From an uncultured delta proteobacterium (lineage in GTDB: Bacteria; Myxococcota; UBA727; VGSZ01): a DNA stretch of 64,000 bases. Made by a program: the position numbers and the translations under genes. The notes beneath the pieces are model-generated. The model was not told the origin of the DNA, did no database searches, and saw only the letters and a program-made list of their open reading frames with translations. The stretch is taken from assembly GCA_963775425.1 (NCBI GenBank), contig CAVZJB010000009.1:80616-144615 (forward strand), written 5' to 3'. Positions 8,184 to 17,352 of this stretch are shown here, one piece after another (position 1 is the stretch's first letter; each line of letters opens with the position of its first letter).

Positions 8184-10165
8184 GTGCGATGCACCTTGGG
8201 GAGGATGGCGAAGAACGTGCTGCCGGTGCCGGGCGCGCTGCGCACGCCGACCGCGCCGCCTTGCGCCTCGACGATGCGCTTGGTGAGCGCGAGCCCGAGG
8301 CCCGTGCCTTCGTGCGTCTTGGTCATGCCGGCGTCGAGCTGTGAAAACTCGATGAACAGCTTGCCGTGGTCCTGCTCGCGGATGCCGACGCCGCTGTCCT
8401 CCACCTCGACGCGGAAGCGCTGCTCGTCTTCGCTCTTCGCGCGCACGATGACCCGGCCACCCTCGGGCGTGAACTTGAGCGCGTTCGACAGGTAGTTGAA
8501 CAGCACCTGTTTGAGGCGCGCGGCGTCGAGCACCACTTCGTCGATGCCGTCGCCGACATCGACGTCGATGCGCAGCCGCTTGCGCGCCGCGAGCGCGCGC
8601 ACGACGTCGGTGACCTCCACCACCAGCGCCTGCAGCTTCAGCGGCTCCGGGACCAGCTCCATGCGTCCCGACTCGACCTTGGCCAGGTCGAGCATGCCGT
8701 TGATGAGCATGAGCAGGTGGCGGCCGGAGGCGAGGACGTCGGTGAGGCAGTCGCGCTGCTCGGACGAGACGGCCCCGATCTTTCCGTCGTGCAGCAGCTC
8801 GGCGAAGCCGAGGATGGCGTTGAGCGGTGTGCGCAGCTCGTGAGACATGTTCGCGACGAACTCGCTCTTCAGGCGGTTGGCGGCCTGGATGAGCCGGTTC
8901 TCCTCGAGGAGGGCCGTGGACTGCCGGCGCAGCTCCTCCGCCTGCTTGCGCTCGGTGACGTCGATGAAGCTGGCGCGCACCTGCATGCCGGCGCCGGGGA
9001 GCCGCACGAGGCGGATCTCGCACGGGATGTGCCGCCCCTCCTTGTCGACACAGGTCCACTCAAAGACGGGGCTCTCGCCGCCGATGGTGCGCGCGATGTG
9101 CTCGGCGGCGCCCTCCCACGACAAGCGGCCGTCGGGCTGCTTCGGCGGGCTCACCTCGAGCGGACCGATGTGCAAGAGCTCCTCACGGCTGTAGCCGAAC
9201 AGGCGCAGCGCGTTGCCGTTGGCCTCGACGAAGCGGCCGATGTCCACGTCGAGGGTGACGATGGCCTCGGGCGCGTGCTCGAACTGCGTGCGGTACCGCG
9301 CCTCGCTCTCGCGCAGCGCGGTCTCGGTGCGGCGGCGCTCGGCCTCCGCCACCTTCTTCTCCGCCGCCGCCCGTCGCTCCGGCGTGACGTCGCGGTAGAC
9401 GAGCACGACGCCGCAGACGCCGCCGACGTTGCGGATGGGCGCGGCGCTGGCCGCCACCGCGCGCTCGACGCCGCCGCGGGAGACGAGCACGGTCTCGGGG
9501 AGGAGCTCGACGTTGCGCGCCTCGCGCAGGGCGGCGACCGCGGGCGACGGGAGCGGCGCGCGCGACTTGCCGTCGATGATGCGGAAGATCTCGTCGAGCG
9601 GGCGGCCGCGCGCCTCTCCGAGAGAGAACCCCGTGGTGCTCTCGGCCACCGGGTTCATGCGCACCACGTTGCCGGCGATGTCGGTGGCGATGACGCCGTC
9701 GCCGATGGACAGGAGCGTGGCCTCGAGGCTCTGCTCTCCGGCCCGCAGCGCCTCGAGCACCCGGGTCTCCTGCGTCATGTCGCGCGACACCGAGAGCACG
9801 TGGGTGACGACGCCTCGCTCGTCGATGATGGGGCTCACGTGCACGAGCGCCGAGATGTGCTTGCCGCGGTATTCGGTGTGCTCCTCGAAACGCACCGCGC
9901 GTGCGTCCCGGGCGACGATGCTGCACGCGTCGCGAAACCGGCTCGGCCGCTCGGGGTGGTCGGCGATGTCGAGCAGGAGGCGGCCGACGGCGTGCGCGGC
10001 GGGCATGCCGGTGGCGGCGGTGAAGGCCGGGTTGACGGCGGCGACGCGCAGCCCGCCCGGCTCCACGCCGACGAGCATGATGGCGTCGGAGACGGACTCG
10101 TAGATGAGCGCGAGCTGCTCCGCCGTGGGCCGGGGCCTGGCGAGCAAAGCCGTTTGAACGTTCAT
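8180..10165 (-). CDS. PAS-domain sensor histidine kinase
   Basis: It has multiple PAS repeats, a HisKA H-box (FVANMSHELRTPLNAILGF) and HATPase_c N/G boxes (…DSGVGI…GTGLGLAL…). Confidence 0.85.
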   Translation of the reverse strand: MNVQTALLARPRPTAEQLALIYESVSDAIMLVGVEPGGLRVAAVNPAFTAATGMPAAHAVGRLLLDIADHPERPSRFRDACSIVARDARAVRFEEHTEYRGKHISALVHVSPIIDERGVVTHVLSVSRDMTQETRVLEALRAGEQSLEATLLSIGDGVIATDIAGNVVRMNPVAESTTGFSLGEARGRPLDEIFRIIDGKSRAPLPSPAVAALREARNVELLPETVLVSRGGVERAVAASAAPIRNVGGVCGVVLVYRDVTPERRAAAEKKVAEAERRRTETALRESEARYRTQFEHAPEAIVTLDVDIGRFVEANGNALRLFGYSREELLHIGPLEVSPPKQPDGRLSWEGAAEHIARTIGGESPVFEWTCVDKEGRHIPCEIRLVRLPGAGMQVRASFIDVTERKQAEELRRQSTALLEENRLIQAANRLKSEFVANMSHELRTPLNAILGFAELLHDGKIGAVSSEQRDCLTDVLASGRHLLMLINGMLDLAKVESGRMELVPEPLKLQALVVEVTDVVRALAARKRLRIDVDVGDGIDEVVLDAARLKQVLFNYLSNALKFTPEGGRVIVRAKSEDEQRFRVEVEDSGVGIREQDHGKLFIEFSQLDAGMTKTHEGTGLGLALTKRIVEAQGGAVGVRSAPGTGSTFFAILPKVHRT

Positions 10166-10455
10166 CGTGCCGCGTCCGTTGGCATTGTTCGCGCCCCCTT
10201 CGCGCTCATGCTTCGGCGATCGAGTCGCGCGAGCTCCTCGCGGGGCCTCGCGCGATCACAGGCGGGGCCTCCGGGGATTTCCCGACCGCCCCCCCGGCGA
10301 TTTCGTCGCCCGCGCGCTCGCCGAAATGGATTTGCGCGCCTTCACCGGTCGCATCGACCGGCAGCCCGCGGTCGCCACCGACGCGGCGGCCGACGTCGCT
10401 CACGAACCGTTCCCCGCGGTTGTCTCCGACGTGGAGAGGGTTGTTGTCCACGGGC

Positions 10456-11268
10456 ATGGCCCCGTATATCGCGAACGCGATGGATTTGGTCTCACTCCTC
10501 GAGGGTGTCCTCAGCGGTCGAATTGCGCTCGACGATGCCGTCCGCCGCCTCGCCCACGCGCCGTACGAGGACCTCGGCTACGCGCGCGTCGACCACCACC
10601 GCGCCGCGGTGCAGGGCGCGGCGGAGGTGATCTACGGCGAGGGCAAGACGCCGGACGAGGTCGCCGGCGTGGCGAGGGCGCTGCTCGATCGCGGCGCCGC
10701 CGCCCTCGTCACGCGCGCCTCGCCCGCGCACCACGCCGCCGTCTCCGCCGCCGCCTCGGGCGCCGGCGTCAGCTATCACGAGCGCGCGCGGGTGATCGTG
10801 GCGCGCGCCGTCGACGCGCCCACCGCGCCGGCGCTCGGCACGGCGGCGCTGTTGTGCGCCGGCACCAGCGATCTCCCCGTGCTCGAGGAGTGCGAGGTCT
10901 GCTGCCGCGCGTGGGGCATCGACACCGAGCGCTTCGTCGACGTGGGCGTCGCGGGCCTGCACCGGATCCTGTCCGTGCGCGAACGCGTGGACGCCTGCGA
11001 CGTGGTCGTCGTGGTCGCGGGCATGGAGGGCGCGCTCGCGTCGGTGGTGGCCGGCCTCACCAGGAAGCCCGTCATCGCCGTGCCAACGTCGGTGGGCTAC
11101 GGGGCGAGCCTCGGGGGCATCGCCGCGCTGCTCGCGATGCTCTCGGCGTGCGCGAGCGGCGTCACCGTGGTCAACATCGACAACGGCTTCGGCGCCGCGG
11201 CCGCCGCGCGGCGCATCCTCGGCGCACGCGTCACATCGAGACTCGCGCCGCCGCCCGAGGTGCGCTAA
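10456..11268 (+). CDS. larB: LarB-like PurE-fold carboxylase, the nickel-pincer cofactor P2CMN synthase family
   Basis: AGTSDLPVLEE…VGVAGLHRIL…VVVVAGMEGALASVVAGL…PVIAVPTSVGYGASLGG…VVNIDNGFGAA matches the LarB/PurE-like signature. Alternative starts exist at TTG 10420 and ATG 10480. Confidence 0.65.
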   Translation: MAPYIANAMDLVSLLEGVLSGRIALDDAVRRLAHAPYEDLGYARVDHHRAAVQGAAEVIYGEGKTPDEVAGVARALLDRGAAALVTRASPAHHAAVSAAASGAGVSYHERARVIVARAVDAPTAPALGTAALLCAGTSDLPVLEECEVCCRAWGIDTERFVDVGVAGLHRILSVRERVDACDVVVVVAGMEGALASVVAGLTRKPVIAVPTSVGYGASLGGIAALLAMLSACASGVTVVNIDNGFGAAAAARRILGARVTSRLAPPPEVR

Positions 11269-11277
11269 GCCCTCCGC

Positions 11278-12456
11278 ATGCCGAAGCAACGCTCGCGGCC
11301 CCCTTCGGGCCTCCGCCTGCTCCTCGCCGTACCCGCGCTCGTCGCCCTCGCGGCGTGCGAGCGCTGCGGCGAGATCCCGTGCACCGTCGACGACGATTGC
11401 GGGACGGGGGGGGCCTGCGCCGCGGGCTTCTGCGTCGAAGGGCCGCCGGGCGAAGGGGAAGGCGAGGGCGAGGGCGAGGGTGAGGGTGAGGGTGAGGGTG
11501 AGGGCGTGGCGCCGGTGGTCGACAGCGCCACCGTCGAGTTTCCCGATCGCCCCGACACCGCCCACGCCGTCTTGCAGTTCCACGACGACGACAACGACGT
11601 CGACCACGTCACCATCGACTGGGGAGACGGCACGAGCGACGTCATCCCGGTGCTCTCCACCGACACCTCGGTCGCCAAGGACCACCTCTACACCGCCAGC
11701 TTCACCGGCCCCGTCGGCTTCGCCGTCTTCGACGACGGCGGCCACGAGACCGACACCCAGGTCAACGCCATCGCCACGGCGTTCCCCGGCGCCGGCGACC
11801 TGCTGTCCATCCCGGTGGAGGGCGACGTCGTCGAGGACGTGGTGTCACCGCCCTCCACCGTGACCACGAGCGGCGAGCTCACGTTCGTGCCGAGCGACGC
11901 GCCCGGCTCCGCCGAGGGCGTCAGCCTCGACGGCAACGTCCCCGGGCTCCTGTCGGTGCCCGACGTCACCGGCGGCGACTTCACCATCTCCCTCTGGCTC
12001 GACGCCACCAACGGCTCGTTCAACAACAACACCGTGCGCCTGGCGGGCGAAGGCGACGGCTTCGCGCTGTACGCCACCGGCGGCACGGTGCGCTTCGGCA
12101 AGATCCAGGGGGGCGGGCCCACGCCCGAAGACCCCTTCGCCGACTCCACCGTCGCGCTCAGCTCGAACGCGTGGCACCACCTCGTCGGCGTCGTCAGCGC
12201 CGGCCGCGCGACGGTCACGCTGTTCATCGACGGCGCGCAGGTGGCCACCGCCGACAGCGCGAGCGGCGTCCTCGGCGACAACGCGTGCCTGTTCTACATC
12301 GGCGGCATGGGCCAGGGCGGGGACAGCGGTTGCACGGGGACCCAGACCGACGACGTCAGCCAGAACACGCACGCGGCCTTCGATCAAATCGACGTGTACG
12401 GGCGCGCGCTCAGCCTGAACGAGGTCCGTGAGCTCTTCCTCGGACCGCCGTCGTGA
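11278..12456 (+). CDS. Lipoprotein with a Myxococcus-type Cys-rich repeat, a (GE)n linker and a C-terminal LamG / concanavalin-A-like domain
   Basis: The lipobox is LVALAAC. The Cys-rich motif is CERCGEIPCTVDDDCGTGGACAAGFC. The linker is (GE)9. The LamG-like block is …ISLWLDATNGSF…VRLAGEGDGFALYATGGTVRFG…WHHLVGVV…LFIDG. Confidence 0.65.
   Translation: MPKQRSRPPSGLRLLLAVPALVALAACERCGEIPCTVDDDCGTGGACAAGFCVEGPPGEGEGEGEGEGEGEGEGEGVAPVVDSATVEFPDRPDTAHAVLQFHDDDNDVDHVTIDWGDGTSDVIPVLSTDTSVAKDHLYTASFTGPVGFAVFDDGGHETDTQVNAIATAFPGAGDLLSIPVEGDVVEDVVSPPSTVTTSGELTFVPSDAPGSAEGVSLDGNVPGLLSVPDVTGGDFTISLWLDATNGSFNNNTVRLAGEGDGFALYATGGTVRFGKIQGGGPTPEDPFADSTVALSSNAWHHLVGVVSAGRATVTLFIDGAQVATADSASGVLGDNACLFYIGGMGQGGDSGCTGTQTDDVSQNTHAAFDQIDVYGRALSLNEVRELFLGPPS
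11449..11506 (+). repeat. Hexanucleotide tandem repeat (GGCGAG/GGTGAG) of about 9 units encoding (GE)n
   Basis: The repeat is visible directly in the sequence: ggcgaaggggaaggcgagggcgagggcgagggtgagggtgagggtgagggtgagggc. Confidence 0.9.
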
Positions 12457-13184
12457 TCGCGCTCGCCGCCCTGCTCCTCGTCGCGACACCGGCCCCCGCC
12501 GGCACGGCGGAGGCGCAGCACAAGACCAAGGTCCTCGTGCTCGACTTTCGCGACGACGGCGTCGGCGCCGACGCCGTGCACATCATCCACGACACGCTGG
12601 CGTCGCACCTGTCCCAGGACCCGCGCCTCGAGGTGTTGTCCACCGACGACGTGCGCCGCGCGCTCGACGTCGACGCGCAGAAGCGCGCGCTCGGCGATTG
12701 CAGCGACGAGAGCTGCCTCGCGGAGGTCGCGGACGCGTTGGGGGCGCAGCTCACGGTGTACGGCACCGCGGGAAAGCTCGGCGGCACCTTTGTCGTCAAC
12801 GTCAGCCTGTTCGACGCGCAAGCCGCCAGGTCCGTGGGTCGGGAGACCATGGAGGCCAGGACCCTCGACGAGCTGCCGGCGCGGTTGCGTGAGGCGGGGG
12901 ACGCGCTGGTGGCGAAGCTGCCGGGGCTCAGCCCGGCGTCGTCCTCGGGCCTCGGTCCCATCGGGTGGACGGGCGTCGCCGTCGGCGGCGCCGGCGTCGT
13001 CGCGGCCGGCGTGTTCGGCGTCTTCGCGGCCGCCAGCTACATCGACGTCGGCAATGAGGCCGCCTTCGCGGACAAGAAGGTGGCACAGCAAAGCGGCGAT
13101 ACGCTCGGCAGCATCGCGCTCGCGGGCGCGGGCCTCGCGGTCGTGGGCGCCGGCGTGCTTGTCGCGGGGCTCATCCTCGAGTAG
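12453..13184 (+). CDS. Hypothetical exported protein with an N-terminal signal peptide and a C-terminal Gly/Ala-rich transmembrane anchor
   Basis: Its GTG start overlaps the upstream stop (GTGA). It has high GC3, a signal peptide (ALAALLLVATPAPAGTAEA) and a C-terminal hydrophobic segment. Confidence 0.5.
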   Translation: MIALAALLLVATPAPAGTAEAQHKTKVLVLDFRDDGVGADAVHIIHDTLASHLSQDPRLEVLSTDDVRRALDVDAQKRALGDCSDESCLAEVADALGAQLTVYGTAGKLGGTFVVNVSLFDAQAARSVGRETMEARTLDELPARLREAGDALVAKLPGLSPASSSGLGPIGWTGVAVGGAGVVAAGVFGVFAAASYIDVGNEAAFADKKVAQQSGDTLGSIALAGAGLAVVGAGVLVAGLILE

Positions 13185-13195
13185 TCGATCGAGCC

Positions 13196-14503
13196 ATGAT
13201 CGACCTCAAGGCGCTCGAGAACGACCCCGACGGTTTTGCCTACGCGCTCGAGCGGCGCGGCGCGGTGCCCAACCTCGACGAGGTCATCGCCCTGTCCCGG
13301 GAGCGCCGCGAGATCATCGGCTCGCTCCAGGGCCTTCAGGAGGAGCGCAACAAGCTGAACGAGGGCATGAAGAAGGCCACGCCCGAGACGCGCGAGCAGA
13401 ACCGCGAAAAGATGCGCGCCCTCGGCGACCGGGTCAAAGACCTCGAGGCGCGCCAGCGAGACGTGGAGGACAAGCGGGACGCGCTCGCCCTCGTCATCCC
13501 GAACGTCCCCCAAAAGGACGTCCCCGAAGGCGTCGACGAGCACGGCAACGTCGAGGTCAGGAAGGTCCTCGAGCCACGCACCTTCGACTTCGAGCCGCGC
13601 GATCACGTCGACATCGGGCAGGAGCTCGGGCTCCTCGACATCGAGCGCGCCGCCAAGATCTCCGGCGCGCGCTTCGCCTTCCTGAAGGGGCAGGGGGCGC
13701 GCCTCGAGCGCGCGCTCGCGCAGTTCATGCTCGACTTCCACCTCGCGCAGGGGGACGTGGAGCTCGCGCCTCCGTACCTGGTGACGTCGAAGACGCTCAT
13801 GGGCACCGGGCAGCTCCCCAAGTTCGCCGACGACCTCTTCTCCGTCTCCTTCGGGGCGCCCGCGGACCCGGCGGCGCTCTACCTGATCCCCACGAGCGAA
13901 GTCCCCATCACCAACTACTACGCCGGGGAGATCCTCGACGAAGCGGCGCTGCCGCAGCGCTTCTGCGCGCTGTCGGCGTGCTTTCGCGCGGAGGCGGGGT
14001 CTGCGGGCCGCGACACCCGCGGGCTCATCCGCCAGCACCAGTTCGACAAGGTGGAGATGGTGCGCTTCTGCGCGCCCGACCAGGCCGACGCCGAGCTCGA
14101 AGAGATGGTGCAGCGCGCGAGCGACATCATGACCGCGCTGGAGCTGCCGCACCGGGTGATGTTGTTGTGCGCCGGCGACATGGGCTTCGCGGCGGAGAAG
14201 ACCTACGACCTCGAGGTGTGGCTGCCCGCGCAGGGGACCTACCGGGAGATCTCCTCCTGCTCGACGTGCGGGTCCTTCCAGGCGCGCCGCGCGGCCATCC
14301 GCTGGCGGCCGGCGGCGCCCAAGGCCAAGCCCGCCCCGCTGGCCACGCTGAACGGCTCGGGGCTCGCGGTGGGGCGGACGTGGATCGCCCTGCTCGAGAA
14401 CCACCTGCAAGCCGATGGATCGGTCCGTATACCCGAACGGTTGCGCCCCTATCTCGGGGGTGTCGACGCGTTGCGTAAAGACGGGACGATCGCGATCCCC
14501 TAG
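13196..14503 (+). CDS. serS: Seryl-tRNA synthetase
   Basis: It has the N-terminal coiled-coil arm plus class II motifs (FRAEAGSAGRDTRGLIRQHQFDKVE, GSGLAVGRTWIALLEN). Confidence 0.95.
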   Translation: MIDLKALENDPDGFAYALERRGAVPNLDEVIALSRERREIIGSLQGLQEERNKLNEGMKKATPETREQNREKMRALGDRVKDLEARQRDVEDKRDALALVIPNVPQKDVPEGVDEHGNVEVRKVLEPRTFDFEPRDHVDIGQELGLLDIERAAKISGARFAFLKGQGARLERALAQFMLDFHLAQGDVELAPPYLVTSKTLMGTGQLPKFADDLFSVSFGAPADPAALYLIPTSEVPITNYYAGEILDEAALPQRFCALSACFRAEAGSAGRDTRGLIRQHQFDKVEMVRFCAPDQADAELEEMVQRASDIMTALELPHRVMLLCAGDMGFAAEKTYDLEVWLPAQGTYREISSCSTCGSFQARRAAIRWRPAAPKAKPAPLATLNGSGLAVGRTWIALLENHLQADGSVRIPERLRPYLGGVDALRKDGTIAIP

Positions 14504-14853
14504 GATCTATGGCACTGGTTGAAGTGAAGAACGTATCTACTCGACGGACCACGGGAATCGAGCGGTTGGGCGCGGCGTTGGCCGAGGGGGATTCGGCCCC
14601 AGACCACTCTTACCTACATGGGCCTCGCATTTTTCGACCGATGTGATATGTCCCGGGCAACCTTTTGCTGCGCACTGCGTCGCAACCGTCTGTCTGGATT
14701 GGGTAAGGAGGAAGTAAACCCCTGGAAAAAAAGCGGGATCGAGTCCATCGCCGAGATCGCGTGGGAAACGCGTGGAGCTCCGGCACTTTTCTCGATCGCC
14801 CGCTCGCGAAAGCTGAAGCTGAACGTGTTCCCGCTCACGAAGGGTGAACTGCT

Positions 14854-15882
14854 GTGGCGTTGAATTCCTCGCGGACGAAGAAGAACTCCAAGGTCGAGAG
14901 CTCGAGAGGGGTGCGAGCCCGCTTGACCACCAGCACGAAAGCGAACGTCAAGAAGAGCGCCAAGGCGGCCGTGGCCCTGCCCGCGCCCGCCGTCCCGGCC
15001 CTGCGGACCTCGGTGAAGGCGCAGGCGAAGCCTGTGGCGCCCAAGGTCCACGTCAAGCCCGTGGTGTCGTCGTCGCGCAAGGCGCACAAGCCCGTGCGGG
15101 CGCGCCGCGTGGCGCGCACCGAGCTCGTCGCCTCCGAGATCGCGCAGGCGATGCTCGGCGAGATGGAGAGCTACGGCGAAGACTCGGTGCTGCAGCGCCA
15201 GGCCCTGCGCGGCCAGCGCGAGCGGGACCTGCTGTCGCGGCTCGCGGTGTCCATGTGCCGCAGCGACGACATGCCCAACCTCGAGCTCGCCGCCGACCTC
15301 GTCCTCAACGAGGACGAAGAAGCGGTGGGCCTGCTCGTCGGCGTCATCGAGCGCCACGACACCGAGCACGCGCCCGACACCGCGCGCGTCCTGTGCGAGG
15401 TCGGCGTGCGCGCGCCCGAGCTTTTGCTCGAGCACGCCGAGCGCCTGCTCGCGCTCTGTGACGAGACCCAGCGCGACGTCCTCGCCTGCACCATGTACGC
15501 GCTCTCGCCGGTGGCCCACCACCACGCCGAGGCGCTGTGGGACATGCGCGATCTGTTCTGGTCGGCCCTCGCGGACCTGACGCAGCCCGCGGACATGGCG
15601 CAAGCCGGCGCGGTCCGCCTGCTGTCGGCGCTGTGCGCCGCCGGCCCCGACTACGCGCGCACGCTGGCGGGCGGTCTCGTGGACCTGCTCGGCAAGTGCA
15701 TGCCCAAGGACGTGGCGTTCTTCGCGGAGAGCGTGCTTCCGGCGCTCGGCACGGCGCACTCGCACCGCGCCAAGCCGGTGCTCGACCGCCGCATGAAGGA
15801 GCTGATGCCCGCCGAGGTCGCCCGGCTCCGCCGCGCGGTCCGCGCCGCCCAGACCGGGCAGCCGCTGTTCGCGGCGGCGTAG
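14854..15882 (+). CDS. Hypothetical protein with a Lys/Ala/Pro-rich (histone H1-like) N-terminus and an alpha-helical C-terminal domain
   Basis: GC3 is high from a GTG start. The N-terminus has KK, AKA and PV repeats. I recognise no enzymatic motif. Confidence 0.5.
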   Translation: MALNSSRTKKNSKVESSRGVRARLTTSTKANVKKSAKAAVALPAPAVPALRTSVKAQAKPVAPKVHVKPVVSSSRKAHKPVRARRVARTELVASEIAQAMLGEMESYGEDSVLQRQALRGQRERDLLSRLAVSMCRSDDMPNLELAADLVLNEDEEAVGLLVGVIERHDTEHAPDTARVLCEVGVRAPELLLEHAERLLALCDETQRDVLACTMYALSPVAHHHAEALWDMRDLFWSALADLTQPADMAQAGAVRLLSALCAAGPDYARTLAGGLVDLLGKCMPKDVAFFAESVLPALGTAHSHRAKPVLDRRMKELMPAEVARLRRAVRAAQTGQPLFAAA

Positions 15883-15907
15883 CCCTCCATCACCGTGCAG
15901 ACCCGGC

Positions 15908-15942
15908 GGCCCGCAACGAGAGTTGCGGGCCGTCGCGTTTTC
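15908..15942 (+). terminator. Candidate intrinsic terminator: a 9–10 bp GC stem (ggcccgcaac…gttgcgggcc) followed by gtcgcgTTTT
   Basis: A perfect inverted repeat with a T-run lies about 26 nt downstream of the stop of the 14854..15882 gene. Confidence 0.45.
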
Positions 15943-15970
15943 GCCGACAACGCCAGCGAAGGGGGCTCCC

Positions 15971-16216
15971 ATGGCGGACCTGAAGCCGACGTCGAAGAAG
16001 ACCCTGCAGAACGCGTTCGCCGAGATGGGCGACCGCAAGCTCATCCTGGTCGGCCCGGGCAACGCCCGCGTGCAGGACTCGCGCTTTGCCATCTCCGACG
16101 CCGCCGTGGACCACGTGGTCATCAAGCTGCTCGGGGAGGAGGTCCTCGTGATTCCGTACGCCTCCATCGGCTCCATGAAGGTGGAGCGGCAGCAGGTCAC
16201 GATCAGCTATCGTTGA
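15971..16216 (+). CDS. Small hypothetical protein of 81 aa
   Basis: ATG start with high GC3, beginning MADLKPTSKKTLQNAF…. It lies 4 nt upstream of the next lipoprotein gene. Confidence 0.45.
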   Translation: MADLKPTSKKTLQNAFAEMGDRKLILVGPGNARVQDSRFAISDAAVDHVVIKLLGEEVLVIPYASIGSMKVERQQVTISYR

Positions 16217-16219
16217 GCC

Positions 16220-16573
16220 ATGCGCACCCGCAGCGTTCTTGTGCTCGCCGTGCTCGGGGCCGCCCTGGCCGCGGCGAGCTCATGCGACGTCCTCGACCCG
16301 AAGGGCGAGGTGGTCACCTGCACCCAGCAGCAGTTGTGCGGTGAGGACGTCGCCACCGATCCGGTGACGGACACCTTCTGCACGGATCCCACCGACGCCG
16401 ACCGCGCCAGCCAGATCAAGCAGTACGAGAAGGACTACGCCGACACCTGCGCGGGCGCCCGCCTCACCTGCACCGGCGGCGCGCTCGACAACCAGCCCGC
16501 GGACTGCACCGCCAAATGCGTCACCGGCGGCGCGTGCGACTTCAACCCCGTCCCGCAGGCCGTCACGCTGTAG
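16220..16573 (+). CDS. Small Cys-rich lipoprotein
   Basis: It has a signal peptide with lipobox (LGAALAAASSC) and 8 Cys in the mature part. Confidence 0.55.
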   Translation: MRTRSVLVLAVLGAALAAASSCDVLDPKGEVVTCTQQQLCGEDVATDPVTDTFCTDPTDADRASQIKQYEKDYADTCAGARLTCTGGALDNQPADCTAKCVTGGACDFNPVPQAVTL

Positions 16574-16608
16574 CGATCGGCGCGGCCGCTCCCTCCGGTC
16601 GCTTGATC

Positions 16609-17031
16609 TCACGGCTCCTTCTTGGTGAGCGCCGGCGCCGAGAACCGCGCCATGGGGCCCGCGGCGACGGTGCCGGCAGGGGCCGGGGCGGTGCGCTCGA
16701 GGGCGCCGGCGACGCGCGGGCCGGCGCCGAGGGCGCGGGCGGCGTCGCGGATCTGCTCGGGGTCTTCCTGAAACGCGGCGAGCAGGCGGCGCCAGACGGC
16801 GGCGTCGACGCCGGTCTTGGCGAGCCACGCATCGACGGCGCGGGCGCGCGCGTCGTCGTCGCCGGCGTCGTCCCAGCCCACGGCGTGGATGAACGCCTCG
16901 ACGGCGGGGCGCAGCCGCGCGGGCACGGCGCCGTCGGGCGAGAACATCAAGACCGCGAGCGGGAGGACGCCAGCGAGCTGTGCGTCGGGGAGCGCCTCGA
17001 GCTCGTCGAGGAAGCGCGTCAGCGCGCTCAC
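16609..17031 (-). CDS. Hypothetical protein of 140 aa
   Basis: It has high GC3 and is translationally coupled (ATGA) to the upstream gene. It is the last gene of the DUF971–DUF2058–lipoprotein operon. Confidence 0.45.
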   Translation of the reverse strand: MSALTRFLDELEALPDAQLAGVLPLAVLMFSPDGAVPARLRPAVEAFIHAVGWDDAGDDDARARAVDAWLAKTGVDAAVWRRLLAAFQEDPEQIRDAARALGAGPRVAGALERTAPAPAGTVAAGPMARFSAPALTKKEP

Positions 17032-17294
17032 GCGCGGAGGTTCCGGATCTGCGTCATCGCGCGGTCGTGCAGCAGGCCCATGCGCCGCATCGCCATCTCG
17101 GTCTCCGCGAGCGAGAGGGCTTCGAGGTTGCCGCCGATGAGCGTGTGCAGGCGCGAGACGAGCTCGCCGCCGACGTCACCGCGCTGCAAGAGCACGCTCA
17201 GCTCGCCGTAGGCGCGGGTGCGGCGCTCCTCGGTGCGCCGCATCCTCAGGGCCTCGCCGGGGGACACGGACTTCGTCGCGTTCAGCTTCACCAT
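17028..17294 (-). CDS. Hypothetical small protein of about 88 aa. An alternative start is at 17330.
   Basis: High GC3. It begins MVKLNATKSVSPGEALRMRR…. Confidence 0.4.
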   Translation of the reverse strand: MVKLNATKSVSPGEALRMRRTEERRTRAYGELSVLLQRGDVGGELVSRLHTLIGGNLEALSLAETEMAMRRMGLLHDRAMTQIRNLRA

Positions 17295-17352
17295 GGGGGC
17301 GACCCTAGCGGGCGCGCGCGGATCCGACAAAGACGCCGGTCACGCCGCGGGC

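Noticed and set aside
8366-10630. 754-aa plus-strand ORF
   Set aside because: It is antisense to the PAS histidine kinase, which has unmistakable H-box and ATPase motifs on the minus strand.
14504-14853. tRNA, tmRNA or SRP RNA in the AT-rich spacer after serS
   Set aside because: I found no cloverleaf, T-loop (GTTCRANYC), tmRNA 5'/3' ends or SRP domain IV motif. It is kept only as a weak finding.
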